A model generated the notes under the pieces. That model had not been told where the DNA came from, did not search any database, and saw only the letters and a list, made by a program, of their open reading frames with translations. Source: an uncultured Candidatus Sumerlaeota bacterium (GTDB taxonomy: Bacteria; CAYMEV01). Taken from it: 64,000 bases of DNA. Location: positions 1 to 64,000 of the forward strand of contig CAYMEV010000005.1 of assembly GCA_964389675.1 (NCBI GenBank), given 5' to 3'. This document shows positions 37,538 to 47,991 of this stretch, piece after piece; the stretch's first letter is position 1, and each line of letters opens with the position of its first letter. Both the position numbers and the translations under genes were made by a program.

Positions 37538-40500
37538 CTAATTCATTCTGAAAATGAATGCTTCCCTGTCTCCATGTTTCAGGAGCATCGAAATACCATC
37601 AAACAGATCCTGGTCATATTTTACCTTATAGCTTGGATGAGGCCTTACTGTGATCTTCCTGTCATTCCGGATGATTATAAACCTTAAAGGGGTATCCCCT
37701 GGAAACCTGGATATAATCTGTTCCATCTTTTGGCATATATCGGCATTGATCTGATCATAGTCGATCATGAGGTCAATAAATTCTATCCTGTTTTTAATGT
37801 ATGTGTCAAGAAGGCAGATATCCCTGGCTATGATCGTGCAGGACTGCTCCTGGTTTTCCTTTGAGCCTGTAATGATAAGAGGCTGGACGGGCTTGAGAAT
37901 ATCCTGCTTCCCCTCATAGATATCAGGAAATACAATGACCTGGCAGATGCCTGAAATGTCCTCAAACGTTATCCTTGCAAATTTCTTATTCTTCTTGGTT
38001 TTTTTAACTTCAATACTGTTTATAACGCCTGCAATACGGAAATTATCACTTTTGTATTCCTCTGACAATATCCGGTCAATATGTATTATGCCCATTCGGC
38101 TGAGTATCTTTTCATAATAGGAAATTGGATGGCCTGAAATAAAATAGGAAAGAGATTCATACTCATATTTCAGTTTTTCCATATGGGTTTCAGGCTGGAC
38201 TTCATCATCAGGCTTCTGGCCTGCCATATACTCTATATCTTTATCCTTTCCAGCTGCCTGAAGCAGTGTCCTCTGGTTATATGACGGCTTATCCTGCCTT
38301 TTTTTCAGGATTTTATCAAGCATGTTCAGCATCTCATTCCTGCTGTATGCTGAAATATTATCAAATGCTCCTGACTTTATCAGGCTTTCAATAACCCTCT
38401 TGTTCACCTTTGATAGATTGACATTGGCACAGAAATGCCCAAGGTTTTTAAAACCGCCTGTTTCCTTTCGAGCCATAAGAATAGCTGATATTGCGTTTTT
38501 CCCTACATTTGAAATAGCCCTTAATCCAAATATTATCTTATTGCTATCTACGGTGAAATCTTCTTCGGATATATTTATATCAGGCGGTACAATATCTATA
38601 TTGAATGCCTTGCAGTCATTAATATATTTCAGTATTCTTGTTTTATCATTGGAGTCCAGGGACATTGATGCCGCAAAAAAGAATGCGGGGTAATTGGCTT
38701 TTAGATAGGCAATCCGGTATGTAATGAAGGAATACCCTGCAGAATGAGATTTATTGAAACCATATTCTGCGAATCTTTCCATTTTCAGAAAGAGGTCTTC
38801 GACAGCCTTTTTAGGGTACCCTTTTTCTATGGCATTGCTGATAAATTTTGGTTTCATTTCATTCATTATGTGCTGCTGTTTTTTCCCCATTGCCTTTCTA
38901 AGCATATCAGCTTCGGAAAGCGTAAATCCTCCGATCACATTTGCAATTTTCATTACCTGTTCCTGATAGAGTATTACACCATAGGTTTCAGAAAGAATAT
39001 CCTCCAGCTCGCTTATATCATATGATATTTTTGAATTTCCCCTCCTGCCGCTGATATAGACATCATTCATCTTCTGGCCAAGAGGTCCAGGGCGGTAAAG
39101 AGCTAATAGAGGCATTATATCAATAAATTTATCTGGCTTTGCCTGAGTCAGGAGTGTCTGCATCCCGTCACCCTCGATCTGAAACACTCCGCATGTGTTT
39201 CCTGAGGAAATAAGCTCAAAGGTTCTTTTATCATCCAGCGGAATGCTTTTGATGTCAATCTTTTCACCCAGCTTATCCTCTATAGCATCGACTATTTTGT
39301 CAATAAGGGTAATATTCTTTAATCCAAGAAGGTCCATTTTCAGCAGACCAAGCTTTTCCAGCTGCCTGTATTCAAACTGAGTACATATCGGGGTTTTCTG
39401 ATTAGTATAAAGAGGAAGATATCCGCTTACGGGCTTATCAGCAATGACAATGCCGGCTGCATGTACTGATACATGCCTTGTCAGCCCTTCGACTTTCTGG
39501 GATATATCGATGATATTTTTAATTGTCGGGTCCTGTTCCACTTTATTTTTGAATTCAGTTGAGATAGATAAAGCACTTCTTATATCAGAAGCTTCAGGCG
39601 GGAACATCTTTGTAAGTTCATTGGCCTTGTCAAAAGGCAATTCATATACCCTTGCAACATCCTTTATAGCTGCCTTTGATGTAAGCTTGCTGAATGTAAT
39701 TATCTGGGCAACATTTTCAGTACCATACTTATCTGACAGGTAATTGATTACATTTATACGTTTGTCCTGACAGATATCGATGTCAATGTCAGGCATGCTT
39801 ATCCTGTCCGGGTTAAGGAACCTTTCGAAAAGCAGCTCAAAAGGAATCGGATCAACTTCAGTAATGTCCAGACAATAGCATAGAAGGCTACCGACCGCTG
39901 AGCCTCTTCCCGGGCCAACACCAATATTGTTCTTTCTGCAGAAATCAATGATATCCCAGACAATCAGCATATAACCGGAGAAATCAAGCTTGGAAATGAC
40001 ACTCAGTTCATAATTCAGCCTTTCCCGGTATACTGATAATGGATATTTCTCATTAAATGCTTCCTGTGACTCTATCTTTCTTTTAAATCCCTCATTTGCT
40101 ATATGCTCCAGATACGAATTGGCATTATAGCCTTCCGGGATCGGGAATACAGGGAGATGATAATTTCCTGTTTCGAAATCAAAACTGCACTTTTCAGCAA
40201 TCTCAAGGGTATTCATTAGAGCTTCAGGAACATCCCCGAAGGAATCCCACATCTCTGACGGAGACTTAAAATAGAGAGTATCAGGGAATATTATCCTGTC
40301 TTTGCTTCTGATATTTTTTGCAGTCCCAATACAGAGAAGAGCATTGTGAAAATTCCAGTCCTCTTTGTGAAGGAAATGCACATCATTTGTGGCAACCAGA
40401 GGTATACCCGTTTGATGGCTGAGCTTAACAAGTTTTTGATTTACATGATCCTGTTCTTTCAGGCCATTGTCCTGAAGCTCCAGATAGAAATCCCCATTTG

Positions 40501-41014
40501 CGAATTGAGACCTGTAATAATCAGCAAGTTCCTTTATAAACCCGTCATCCCGGTTTTTCATTATACTTGAGGATATCTCTCCCTTAAGGCATGCGGAGAG
40601 GGCAATGAGCCCTTTTGTCCTTCCGCTCAGGTAGGATTTTCTTATCAGGGGCCTATTATAGAATCCTTCCAGGTAGCTGTTTGTAATAAGGTCTATCAGG
40701 TTGCGATATCCTTCCTTGTCTCTGGCAAGCAGTACAATATGATAATTATCATCTTTATTTTTATCCTGCTTTGGATTGTCAGAATTTGTAATGTAGGCCT
40801 CACACCCTATTATGGGCTTTATATTTTTCATTTTTGCGGTTTCATAAAACTGGAAGCAGCCAAACATGTTTCCATGATCAGTTATTGCAACAGCATCCAT
40901 CTTATATTCGATAGTCTTGTCTATCAGCTCACTTACTCTTATAGCCCCGTCCAGCAGGCTGTATTCTGTATGGTTATGAAGATGGACAAAAGGCTGTTTT
41001 TTTGTATCTCCCAT
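37538..41014 (-). CDS. dnaE: DNA polymerase III alpha subunit
   Basis: FVHLHNHTEYSLLDG PHP domain, GPGRGSA, MPDIDID, YGFNKSH, C-terminal OB fold; start at 41014 or 41029. Confidence 0.97.
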   Translation of the reverse strand: MGDTKKQPFVHLHNHTEYSLLDGAIRVSELIDKTIEYKMDAVAITDHGNMFGCFQFYETAKMKNIKPIIGCEAYITNSDNPKQDKNKDDNYHIVLLARDKEGYRNLIDLITNSYLEGFYNRPLIRKSYLSGRTKGLIALSACLKGEISSSIMKNRDDGFIKELADYYRSQFANGDFYLELQDNGLKEQDHVNQKLVKLSHQTGIPLVATNDVHFLHKEDWNFHNALLCIGTAKNIRSKDRIIFPDTLYFKSPSEMWDSFGDVPEALMNTLEIAEKCSFDFETGNYHLPVFPIPEGYNANSYLEHIANEGFKRKIESQEAFNEKYPLSVYRERLNYELSVISKLDFSGYMLIVWDIIDFCRKNNIGVGPGRGSAVGSLLCYCLDITEVDPIPFELLFERFLNPDRISMPDIDIDICQDKRINVINYLSDKYGTENVAQIITFSKLTSKAAIKDVARVYELPFDKANELTKMFPPEASDIRSALSISTEFKNKVEQDPTIKNIIDISQKVEGLTRHVSVHAAGIVIADKPVSGYLPLYTNQKTPICTQFEYRQLEKLGLLKMDLLGLKNITLIDKIVDAIEDKLGEKIDIKSIPLDDKRTFELISSGNTCGVFQIEGDGMQTLLTQAKPDKFIDIMPLLALYRPGPLGQKMNDVYISGRRGNSKISYDISELEDILSETYGVILYQEQVMKIANVIGGFTLSEADMLRKAMGKKQQHIMNEMKPKFISNAIEKGYPKKAVEDLFLKMERFAEYGFNKSHSAGYSFITYRIAYLKANYPAFFFAASMSLDSNDKTRILKYINDCKAFNIDIVPPDINISEEDFTVDSNKIIFGLRAISNVGKNAISAILMARKETGGFKNLGHFCANVNLSKVNKRVIESLIKSGAFDNISAYSRNEMLNMLDKILKKRQDKPSYNQRTLLQAAGKDKDIEYMAGQKPDDEVQPETHMEKLKYEYESLSYFISGHPISYYEKILSRMGIIHIDRILSEEYKSDNFRIAGVINSIEVKKTKKNKKFARITFEDISGICQVIVFPDIYEGKQDILKPVQPLIITGSKENQEQSCTIIARDICLLDTYIKNRIEFIDLMIDYDQINADICQKMEQIISRFPGDTPLRFIIIRNDRKITVRPHPSYKVKYDQDLFDGISMLLKHGDREAFIFRMN

Positions 41015-41019
41015 ATTCT

Positions 41020-42555
41020 TTATTCCCATTCTATGGTACTGGGGGGCTTTGATGTTATATCATATACCACCCGGTTAACACCATCTACTTCGCCAGTGAT
41101 CCTGTTTGAGATATTCTCCAGTATTTCCGGCGGGAGCTTGACCCAGTCTGCAGTCATAGCGTCTTCGCTGGATACCGCCCGCACAGCAATCACGCTCTGA
41201 TATGTCCCCGCATCACCCATGACCCCGACAGTTTTAAGAGGTAGCAGGATTGCAAAAGACTGCCATATTTTATTATAAAGACCTGCTTTTTTTATTTCCT
41301 GGATCACTATCCTGTCAGCTTTCTGGAGTTTTATTATCTTTTCTTTCGTAATATCCCCAAGTATCCTTACTGCAAGCCCCGGGCCGGGAAATGGCTGCCT
41401 TTCAAGGATTTCATCAGGCAATCCAAGTTCCTTTCCTATCTGCCTTACTTCATCCTTAAAGAGCATACGAAGAGGCTCGATTATCTTTAGATCCATTTTT
41501 TCAGGCAAACCGCCGACATTGTGGTGCAGTTTTATCACTGAAGACGGCCCCTTTACGGAGATGCTCTCTATAACATCCGGGTAAAGCGTGCCTTGAGCAA
41601 GATATTCAATATTATCAAGCTTTCTGGCCTCATTCTGAAAAACATCTATGAAAGTACTTCCAATTATTTTCCTTTTCTGGTTCGGGTCTACAACTGATCT
41701 CAGCTTTCCCAAAAATATCTCTGAAGCATCTGCATATATCAGGTTCATACCCATTTTCCCCCTGAAAACGCTTTGAACAAGTTCATCTTCCCTGTACCTT
41801 AAGAGGCCATTATTTACAAATATGGGATAGAGCCTGCTTCCGATTGCTTTATAAAGAAGCACAGCTGCAACTGAGCTGTCCACTCCACCTGATAATCCCA
41901 GGACAACCCCTGAATTACCAACCTTTTCTCTTATTTCCTCAATTGAACATGATATGAAATTCTGAGGGCTGTAGTCCATTTTCAGCCTGCAAATGTTCTT
42001 CAGAAAATTAACCAGCATACCTTTCCCATGTTCTGTATGTGTTACCTCAGGATGGAACTGGACGCCATATATATTACCTTTCTGTATTGCTGCAATATTG
42101 CATGTAGGAGTACTTGCAATTACCCTGTAACCGTCAGGGGCTTTACTCAGCCTGTCCTGATGGCTCATCCAGCAAATGGACTCCTCCGGCAGGCCCCTGA
42201 ATAATTCTGAACTCTGAAATTTTACAAGTTTTTTACCATATTCACTTATATCTGATTTTTTTATGCTGCCCTCAAAAAGATAAGAAATCAGCTGCATTCC
42301 ATAACATATTCCTAAAACAGGGATGTCTGGCCTGAAGGCAGTTTTGGGAATCTTTGGCGAATTTTCTGAATATATGCTGTTTGGCCCTCCTGAGAGAATA
42401 ATGCCTTTGGGAGGTTTAGATTCCAGTATGTCTTCTATCTCGTGAAATGATGCAATTTCTGAAAAGACTCCAAGTTCCCTGACCTTACGGGCGATCAGCT
42501 GAGTATACTGCCCTCCGAAATCTAAGACAAGAACATATTCATCGCTCTTTTTCAA
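41020..42555 (-). CDS. guaA: GMP synthase (glutamine-hydrolysing)
   Basis: LDFGGQYTQLIAR, GICYGMQ, QFHPEV, SGGVDS, KPPSTIEWE. Confidence 0.97.
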   Translation of the reverse strand: MKKSDEYVLVLDFGGQYTQLIARKVRELGVFSEIASFHEIEDILESKPPKGIILSGGPNSIYSENSPKIPKTAFRPDIPVLGICYGMQLISYLFEGSIKKSDISEYGKKLVKFQSSELFRGLPEESICWMSHQDRLSKAPDGYRVIASTPTCNIAAIQKGNIYGVQFHPEVTHTEHGKGMLVNFLKNICRLKMDYSPQNFISCSIEEIREKVGNSGVVLGLSGGVDSSVAAVLLYKAIGSRLYPIFVNNGLLRYREDELVQSVFRGKMGMNLIYADASEIFLGKLRSVVDPNQKRKIIGSTFIDVFQNEARKLDNIEYLAQGTLYPDVIESISVKGPSSVIKLHHNVGGLPEKMDLKIIEPLRMLFKDEVRQIGKELGLPDEILERQPFPGPGLAVRILGDITKEKIIKLQKADRIVIQEIKKAGLYNKIWQSFAILLPLKTVGVMGDAGTYQSVIAVRAVSSEDAMTADWVKLPPEILENISNRITGEVDGVNRVVYDITSKPPSTIEWE

Positions 42556-42573
42556 TTGCTGCTCCTTTACGCA

Positions 42574-43311
42574 TTATATTAATCTTGGATTTATCATCAT
42601 TTTCCTGAAATCTTCACCCTCGATTATGATCGTTTTGCACATTTCATAAAGCCTGGAACGGTTTATCTCGCCGATCCTCTGTTCAAACCTCTCTTTTTCC
42701 AGGCTCCCCGGTTTGTCCTCATAGGGCGTAGTGATAAATGTAATAAGATTGTTATTATATCGGAAATTTATAATAATTTTAATTATATCCTGGGTCCACA
42801 TGCTTACCTTCTGCGATCCAAGATCATCAAGCAGGAGAACAGGTACCCTGCTTACATCCCTTATAATATCTGGAGTGGAAGCCTCATCAGAAAATCTGTC
42901 ATTGATGTTCTGTTTTATGCTGTTAAGCAGAGAGGACGCATCCACAAAAAGCATTGCTTCCTCTGATTTCTGCCCTATAGCCTTCAGAAGGCTGACAGCA
43001 AGGTGTGTTTTGCCTACACCTGACGGCCCCATAAGTAAAAGGCCATAATCAAGACCGGGGTATTTCTCAATATAGTTTTTCAGATATGATACAGCCTTTT
43101 CCTGGCTCTTATTATTTATTATAAAGTTGCTGAAATCCTTATCCAGCAAAGATTTTGGAATATTCATGGAATTGTTGTGGTATTTCCTTATCTTTGCTTT
43201 AAGGCATTCACATGGTTTTGAGTAGGAAACTCCGTCCTCAATATATGTGATATACCCTGTATCGAAGCATTTTAGACATGATATATTGCCTTTCTTGTTT
43301 GCTTTTTTCAT
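42574..43311 (-). CDS. DnaC/DnaI/IstB-like AAA+ ATPase with N-terminal Zn finger
   Basis: CLKC..PCEC, GPSGVGKTHL, LLLDDLG, SRLYEM. Confidence 0.85.
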   Translation of the reverse strand: MKKANKKGNISCLKCFDTGYITYIEDGVSYSKPCECLKAKIRKYHNNSMNIPKSLLDKDFSNFIINNKSQEKAVSYLKNYIEKYPGLDYGLLLMGPSGVGKTHLAVSLLKAIGQKSEEAMLFVDASSLLNSIKQNINDRFSDEASTPDIIRDVSRVPVLLLDDLGSQKVSMWTQDIIKIIINFRYNNNLITFITTPYEDKPGSLEKERFEQRIGEINRSRLYEMCKTIIIEGEDFRKMMINPRLI

Positions 43312-43480
43312 GATAATCTTTATAAATCATTTTTTCAAAATCTTCAAGAAGTTTAAAAATCCAGAAATAAAAAAAATCAAACATGACTTTGTGCTTTTCA
43401 GTATTAAAGATATGATACCTGTTTAATGCCTCAAAAAAGGAAATTTGCATAAATTTTTTTTAGATATAAAGGAGAAAGCT

Positions 43481-44923
43481 ATGGAATTACACTTAGCGGC
43501 AATCAATCATGCCGAGCTGTTAGGTGCTGATTATGCAGATATAAGAATACAGATGGATAAAAAGGAACATATATACCTGCAGGACATGAGCATCAAAAAT
43601 TCTTCAGTGGACTGCTCTGAAGGCTATGGAATCAGATTTTTAAAAGACGGTGCATGGGGTTTTGCGCATAGCAGAATATTTGATTATGATGAAATAATAA
43701 AAACTGTAAATAAGGCTGCGGATATCGCAAAATTATCTGCAAGGATAAAAAAAGGAAGAGGAATCTCCCTGGCAGATGAAAGAGCATATATTGATTCATA
43801 CAGGACAGATATCCTGAAGGATCCGTTTAGCGTTCCCCTAAATGAAAAGGCTGATCTGCTTAGCGAAATAAGCCGTACAATGCTGAATTTCAAGGGGATA
43901 AGAACCACAAGGTGCTATCTATTGAGCCACAGGAGTGATAAGATCTTTTCATCTACACTGGGTTCTGTTATAAAATCCGAAATTTATTATGTAAATCCCT
44001 CAATCTCAGCTATAGCGGTAAATGACCATGACAGCCAGTCAAGGACATTTAACCTGGGGGGGAAGGCTGCCGGTTATGAATATGTTGAGAGCCTTAACCT
44101 TCTTGACAGGGCCAGGGTAATAGCAGAGCAGGCAATAATGAAGGTAAATGCTGAAACACTACAGGAAGAAAAAAGAAGAGACCTTATAATCGACCCTGTT
44201 AATCTTTCTTTAACCATTCATGAGAGTGTCGGGCATCCAACTGAACTGGACCGTGTTCTGGGCTGGGAAGCTGATATGGCAGGAATATCATTTGCAACGC
44301 CGGAAAAACTTAAATTATACAGGTACGGCTCTGAAATAGTCAATATTATTGCTGATAATACGTTAAATGGAGGCCTTGCGACAAACGGCTATGATGATGA
44401 TGGTGTTCCAGGTCAGAAATGGTATATCGTGAAAGAAGGCATACTGAATGAATACGGTACTACAAGGGAAACAGCGCCTTTTATAGGGGAAAAATTCAGC
44501 AGGGGTTGCAGCCGTGCTACATCATACAGTGATATACCGATTAACCGCATCCCGAATCTTTATCTTGCCCCCGGAAAAAAGCCATTATCTCCTGAAGAGC
44601 TGATTGCTGATACCGAAGATGGAATATATATTGAAGATCAGGGGTCATGGTCTATCGATCAGCACAGGGTAAATTTCCAGTTCGGTGGCGATCTTTTCTA
44701 TGAAATAAAAAACGGCAAAAGGGCAAGAATGCTTAAAAAGGTAATATATCGCTCAAATAACCCCGAGTTCTGGAATAAAGCTGATGCCATCTGTGATGAG
44801 AGATATTTTAAAACCTTCGGTGTTATAAACTGCGGAAAGGGCCAGCCCATGCAAAGCGGGAGAATGACTCATGGAGCTTCTACTGCACGCTTCAGAGATA
44901 TTATTGTAGGAGGTTCAAAATGA
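43481..44923 (+). CDS. tldD: TldD-family metalloprotease
   Basis: GAWGFA, HESVGH, DDDGV, CGKGQP; GGAG RBS supports ATG 43481. Confidence 0.9.
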   Translation: MELHLAAINHAELLGADYADIRIQMDKKEHIYLQDMSIKNSSVDCSEGYGIRFLKDGAWGFAHSRIFDYDEIIKTVNKAADIAKLSARIKKGRGISLADERAYIDSYRTDILKDPFSVPLNEKADLLSEISRTMLNFKGIRTTRCYLLSHRSDKIFSSTLGSVIKSEIYYVNPSISAIAVNDHDSQSRTFNLGGKAAGYEYVESLNLLDRARVIAEQAIMKVNAETLQEEKRRDLIIDPVNLSLTIHESVGHPTELDRVLGWEADMAGISFATPEKLKLYRYGSEIVNIIADNTLNGGLATNGYDDDGVPGQKWYIVKEGILNEYGTTRETAPFIGEKFSRGCSRATSYSDIPINRIPNLYLAPGKKPLSPEELIADTEDGIYIEDQGSWSIDQHRVNFQFGGDLFYEIKNGKRARMLKKVIYRSNNPEFWNKADAICDERYFKTFGVINCGKGQPMQSGRMTHGASTARFRDIIVGGSK

Positions 44924-46209
44924 GGTACAGAGAAAAATTTAAAGATATAATGAAATTTGTTGAAGATAACTGCAGTGCAGATGATTTTACATTAACCATG
45001 CACTGCATTAATAAAACCGATATCAGATTTGCTCAAAATGCCATCACGCAGAACATTGACGGCGAGCTTGTATATTTAAGGCTTGATGTTTCATATGGAT
45101 CAAAAACAGGCTCAGCTTCAGTTAACCAGTGGGATAATACAAATCTGGAGAATATGCTGAAAAGCGCATGCAGTATCGCAAAACAAAGCCATGAAGATCC
45201 TGAATATGTTAAAAGCAGCTGTTTTATTGAACTGCCGAAAATTGAAAATTTTCATACAGCTACAGCAGAACTTTCACCAGAGGAGATGGTGAGAAACATT
45301 AAAAGGATCACGGATTTTTCAGATGGCATTTCCTCTAAAGCATCAGGAATTGCCCGAAAAAACGTATCAGAGTTATTTTCATCAACCGGAAATGGATTCT
45401 ATGATGAGAATGAAATCAGTCTTTTTTCCATATCCGCTTCGATAAAAAAAGAAGAAATTGAGACAAAAAATGAAATATCATTTCTAGACTATAAAAAATT
45501 CAGCATTGATGAATTTATTGATAAGCTAAAATGGCAGTATGATGCTCTTAATGCAAAACCGGAAGCATTCTCTCCCGGTAGATACACAGTGATTTTGATG
45601 CCTGCTGCTGTTGCCAAGTTCTTTTCATTTATGACCTATTTTATGGACCAGAGGTCAGCGGACCAGGGATTAACTGTCTTTAGCGGAAAGCATGGTAAAA
45701 AGTTTATGGGCAGTCTTTTCAGCCTGTCTTCAACAATTAAGGACAAAGACCTTAGAGGAATTACAAATTTTCAGAATTCATTTCCAGCAGATGATATTGA
45801 CTGGATAAAGAACGGGGTGCTTCTCAACCTTCCACTTGACAGGTTTTATGCAGAGAAATTAGGAAAACCGGCATATTACCCCTATAACCTGGTAATAGAA
45901 GGAAGGTCTGCCAGTTTGAAAGATCTAATGCAAAAAGCGCAGAAAGGCCTTATAGTAAATGATTTCTGGTATCTGGGAAATGTGGACACAAAGATTGGAG
46001 AGATAACAGGAATGACCAGGGATGGAGTCTTGTATTTCGAGGATTCTGAGATAAAGCACCCTGTAAAGAATTTTCGATTCAATGAAATACCCTCAGAAGC
46101 AACTAACAGGATTATTGACCTGGGTGTCAGCAGATTGGTTGATGTCCGGTCGAAAGCACCTGCAATGCTCCTTGAGGATTTCAACTTTGTGGACATGACT
46201 GACTTCTAA
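44920..46209 (+). CDS. tldE: TldE/PmbA-family protein
   Basis: IRFAQNAITQN, PGRYTVIL, TGMTRDG, NFRFNE; no HExxxH; ATGA overlap with tldD. Confidence 0.82.
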   Translation: MRYREKFKDIMKFVEDNCSADDFTLTMHCINKTDIRFAQNAITQNIDGELVYLRLDVSYGSKTGSASVNQWDNTNLENMLKSACSIAKQSHEDPEYVKSSCFIELPKIENFHTATAELSPEEMVRNIKRITDFSDGISSKASGIARKNVSELFSSTGNGFYDENEISLFSISASIKKEEIETKNEISFLDYKKFSIDEFIDKLKWQYDALNAKPEAFSPGRYTVILMPAAVAKFFSFMTYFMDQRSADQGLTVFSGKHGKKFMGSLFSLSSTIKDKDLRGITNFQNSFPADDIDWIKNGVLLNLPLDRFYAEKLGKPAYYPYNLVIEGRSASLKDLMQKAQKGLIVNDFWYLGNVDTKIGEITGMTRDGVLYFEDSEIKHPVKNFRFNEIPSEATNRIIDLGVSRLVDVRSKAPAMLLEDFNFVDMTDF

Positions 46210-46289
46210 AAGACTGAAGTTATACTGCATCTATTTCTCAGATATGAATATGATTTTGGGAGGGAAAAAACAGCCACAGGAGCTTTATT

Positions 46290-46544
46290 TTAAAAATCGA
46301 GCTCATCGAGATGGCACTCAAGGCCTCTCTCTTTTAATATGGACTTCAGTTCTCTGGCAATACTCCTGAGGTGAAGTTTTCTTCCGAACCTGTAATAAGC
46401 ATTATCAATTGCCTGTATTATAAGGCTTACCGGTATGTTTTTCCCGATAAGCTTTTCAAAGAACATTTCTTCTTTCAGTGATAATACAGCACTTTTTCTT
46501 TTTTTATTAAGGTAGTAAACCGAAATTGCCTCAAATATCTCCAT
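46290..46544 (-). CDS. small hypothetical protein, possible DnaD-like domain
   Basis: 84 aa, 5 nt after the coaX stop; LSxxE..IPVSLIIQAID pattern. Confidence 0.55.
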   Translation of the reverse strand: MEIFEAISVYYLNKKRKSAVLSLKEEMFFEKLIGKNIPVSLIIQAIDNAYYRFGRKLHLRSIARELKSILKERGLECHLDELDF

Positions 46545-46549
46545 AAATA

Positions 46550-47317
46550 TCAGATCTGATCCATTTTATAGAGATTATACAGGCTTTTTACAGATATATC
46601 TTCATCAATATCATAGTCAATTCCGTTATTGCTGAGTTTAATAAGATAAGGGGATATATAACTGCTCAAGCCCCCGGTCAAAAATATTCTTATATTATTG
46701 GTTTTGCAGCATTTTTTTGAATGTTCTATATAATTTATCACAAAGCTCGCACTGCTGAAAATTACTCCTGAAAGTATTGCATCTTCTGTATTATCTGCTA
46801 TAAAGCTCTTTACACCCTTCGGCTGAACATTTGGAAGCAATGATGTCCGGCTGCATAGTGATAATAACTGCGTTTCAATGCCAGGCATAATTGCGCCTCC
46901 AATCAGTTCCCCCTCACGGTTTATTAATGTTGCTGTCGTGGCAGTCCCAAAATCAAACAGAAGGACTGATTTCCCTGAAATCTGGTAGCAGTAGGAACCG
47001 GACAATAATCGGTCGATCCCTATGCTATCAGGAGGGATATACCTGTTTTTTATATTTGTTACCATGCTGTGGTTTACAGTATCAATGGTTATGTTCTCAC
47101 TGTTTAAGGATTCACGGACTATTTGGTCTTTCCCCTTTACAACAGAACATAAAATACACCTGCGGGCTTTATGCCGCAGTATTGATCTGATCTGCTGATG
47201 ACAAAGATCAGATGTCGGGAGACTGCCCTTGAATATTGCATTATCTGAAAGGAAAATGGCATATTTTGAGCGGGAATTACCTATGCTTATACATAAAACC
47301 GTTTCATCAGGATTCAT
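46550..47317 (-). CDS. coaX: type III pantothenate kinase
   Basis: ISIGNS, IGIDR, DFGTATT, GGAIMPG, LTGG. Confidence 0.92.
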   Translation of the reverse strand: MNPDETVLCISIGNSRSKYAIFLSDNAIFKGSLPTSDLCHQQIRSILRHKARRCILCSVVKGKDQIVRESLNSENITIDTVNHSMVTNIKNRYIPPDSIGIDRLLSGSYCYQISGKSVLLFDFGTATTATLINREGELIGGAIMPGIETQLLSLCSRTSLLPNVQPKGVKSFIADNTEDAILSGVIFSSASFVINYIEHSKKCCKTNNIRIFLTGGLSSYISPYLIKLSNNGIDYDIDEDISVKSLYNLYKMDQI

Positions 47318-47729
47318 TTCTTTGTGGAGTAACCTTAACAGTCAGGTCCTTTACAGCTTCTTTAAGCCTTGTAACCTCGAGCCGAAGGTTCTTAAGCTCC
47401 TTTGATGTCCTGTCCTGTATATCATTCATATTCTGCAGGGTTTTATTGAGGCTGGTATTTTGCGTTTCAAGGTTTTGAAGGTAATTGACGTATGTTATAA
47501 GTATATTTGATAATAGATTCAGATTCTCATTAAGGGATTTATTCTGTGATTTAAGTTCAGCAACTGTTTTTTCAAGCTGTCCAATTATTTCTTTCTGGTT
47601 CTTAATAACCTGTTCCAGCTGTCTTGCATTGATATCAAACTCAGAGACAGGGATCTCATCCTGAGCTGTTGCATAAATACAGAGAGACATGATAAGCACT
47701 ATTAAAAATAAGGCTTTGCCAGGATTCAT
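47307..47729 (-). CDS. exported coiled-coil protein
   Basis: signal peptide ending YATA-Q, then heptad pattern; ATG 47729 or TTG 47759. Confidence 0.7.
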   Translation of the reverse strand: MNPGKALFLIVLIMSLCIYATAQDEIPVSEFDINARQLEQVIKNQKEIIGQLEKTVAELKSQNKSLNENLNLLSNILITYVNYLQNLETQNTSLNKTLQNMNDIQDRTSKELKNLRLEVTRLKEAVKDLTVKVTPQRNES

Positions 47730-47926
47730 AAGAATACTCCTTTGAATTTTTAACTTCAAAAAACAATAATAGCATAGTTAATACCCAATTTCCAGATTAA
47801 CTTATAATATTTATACAAATTTAGTTAGGAATAATACAGAAAAAAATAAACCCCTTCATTATATTTGAACAATAACTGTTTTAATTTGTCAACTAATACA
47901 AAAATACCGGAAGTATAAAATCATTA

Positions 47927-47955
47927 TTGACAAAACAGGTCAAAAGGGATAATAT
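47927..47955 (+). promoter_or_regulatory. sigma70-type promoter for the secretion operon
   Basis: TTGACA-17 nt-TAATAT. Confidence 0.5.
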
Positions 47956-47991
47956 GTTGGGAGAAAAATAAAAGCTTATGGTATTCAGCTA

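Noticed and set aside
42574-43311. IS21 IstB or prophage replication gene
   Set aside because: No IstA, terminal repeats, integrase or phage genes nearby; it sits in a run with guaA-dnaE.
30621-46209. RiPP cluster made of the radical SAM pair plus TldD/E
   Set aside because: They are ~10 kb apart with dnaE and guaA between them; no precursor peptide, RRE or YcaO is visible.
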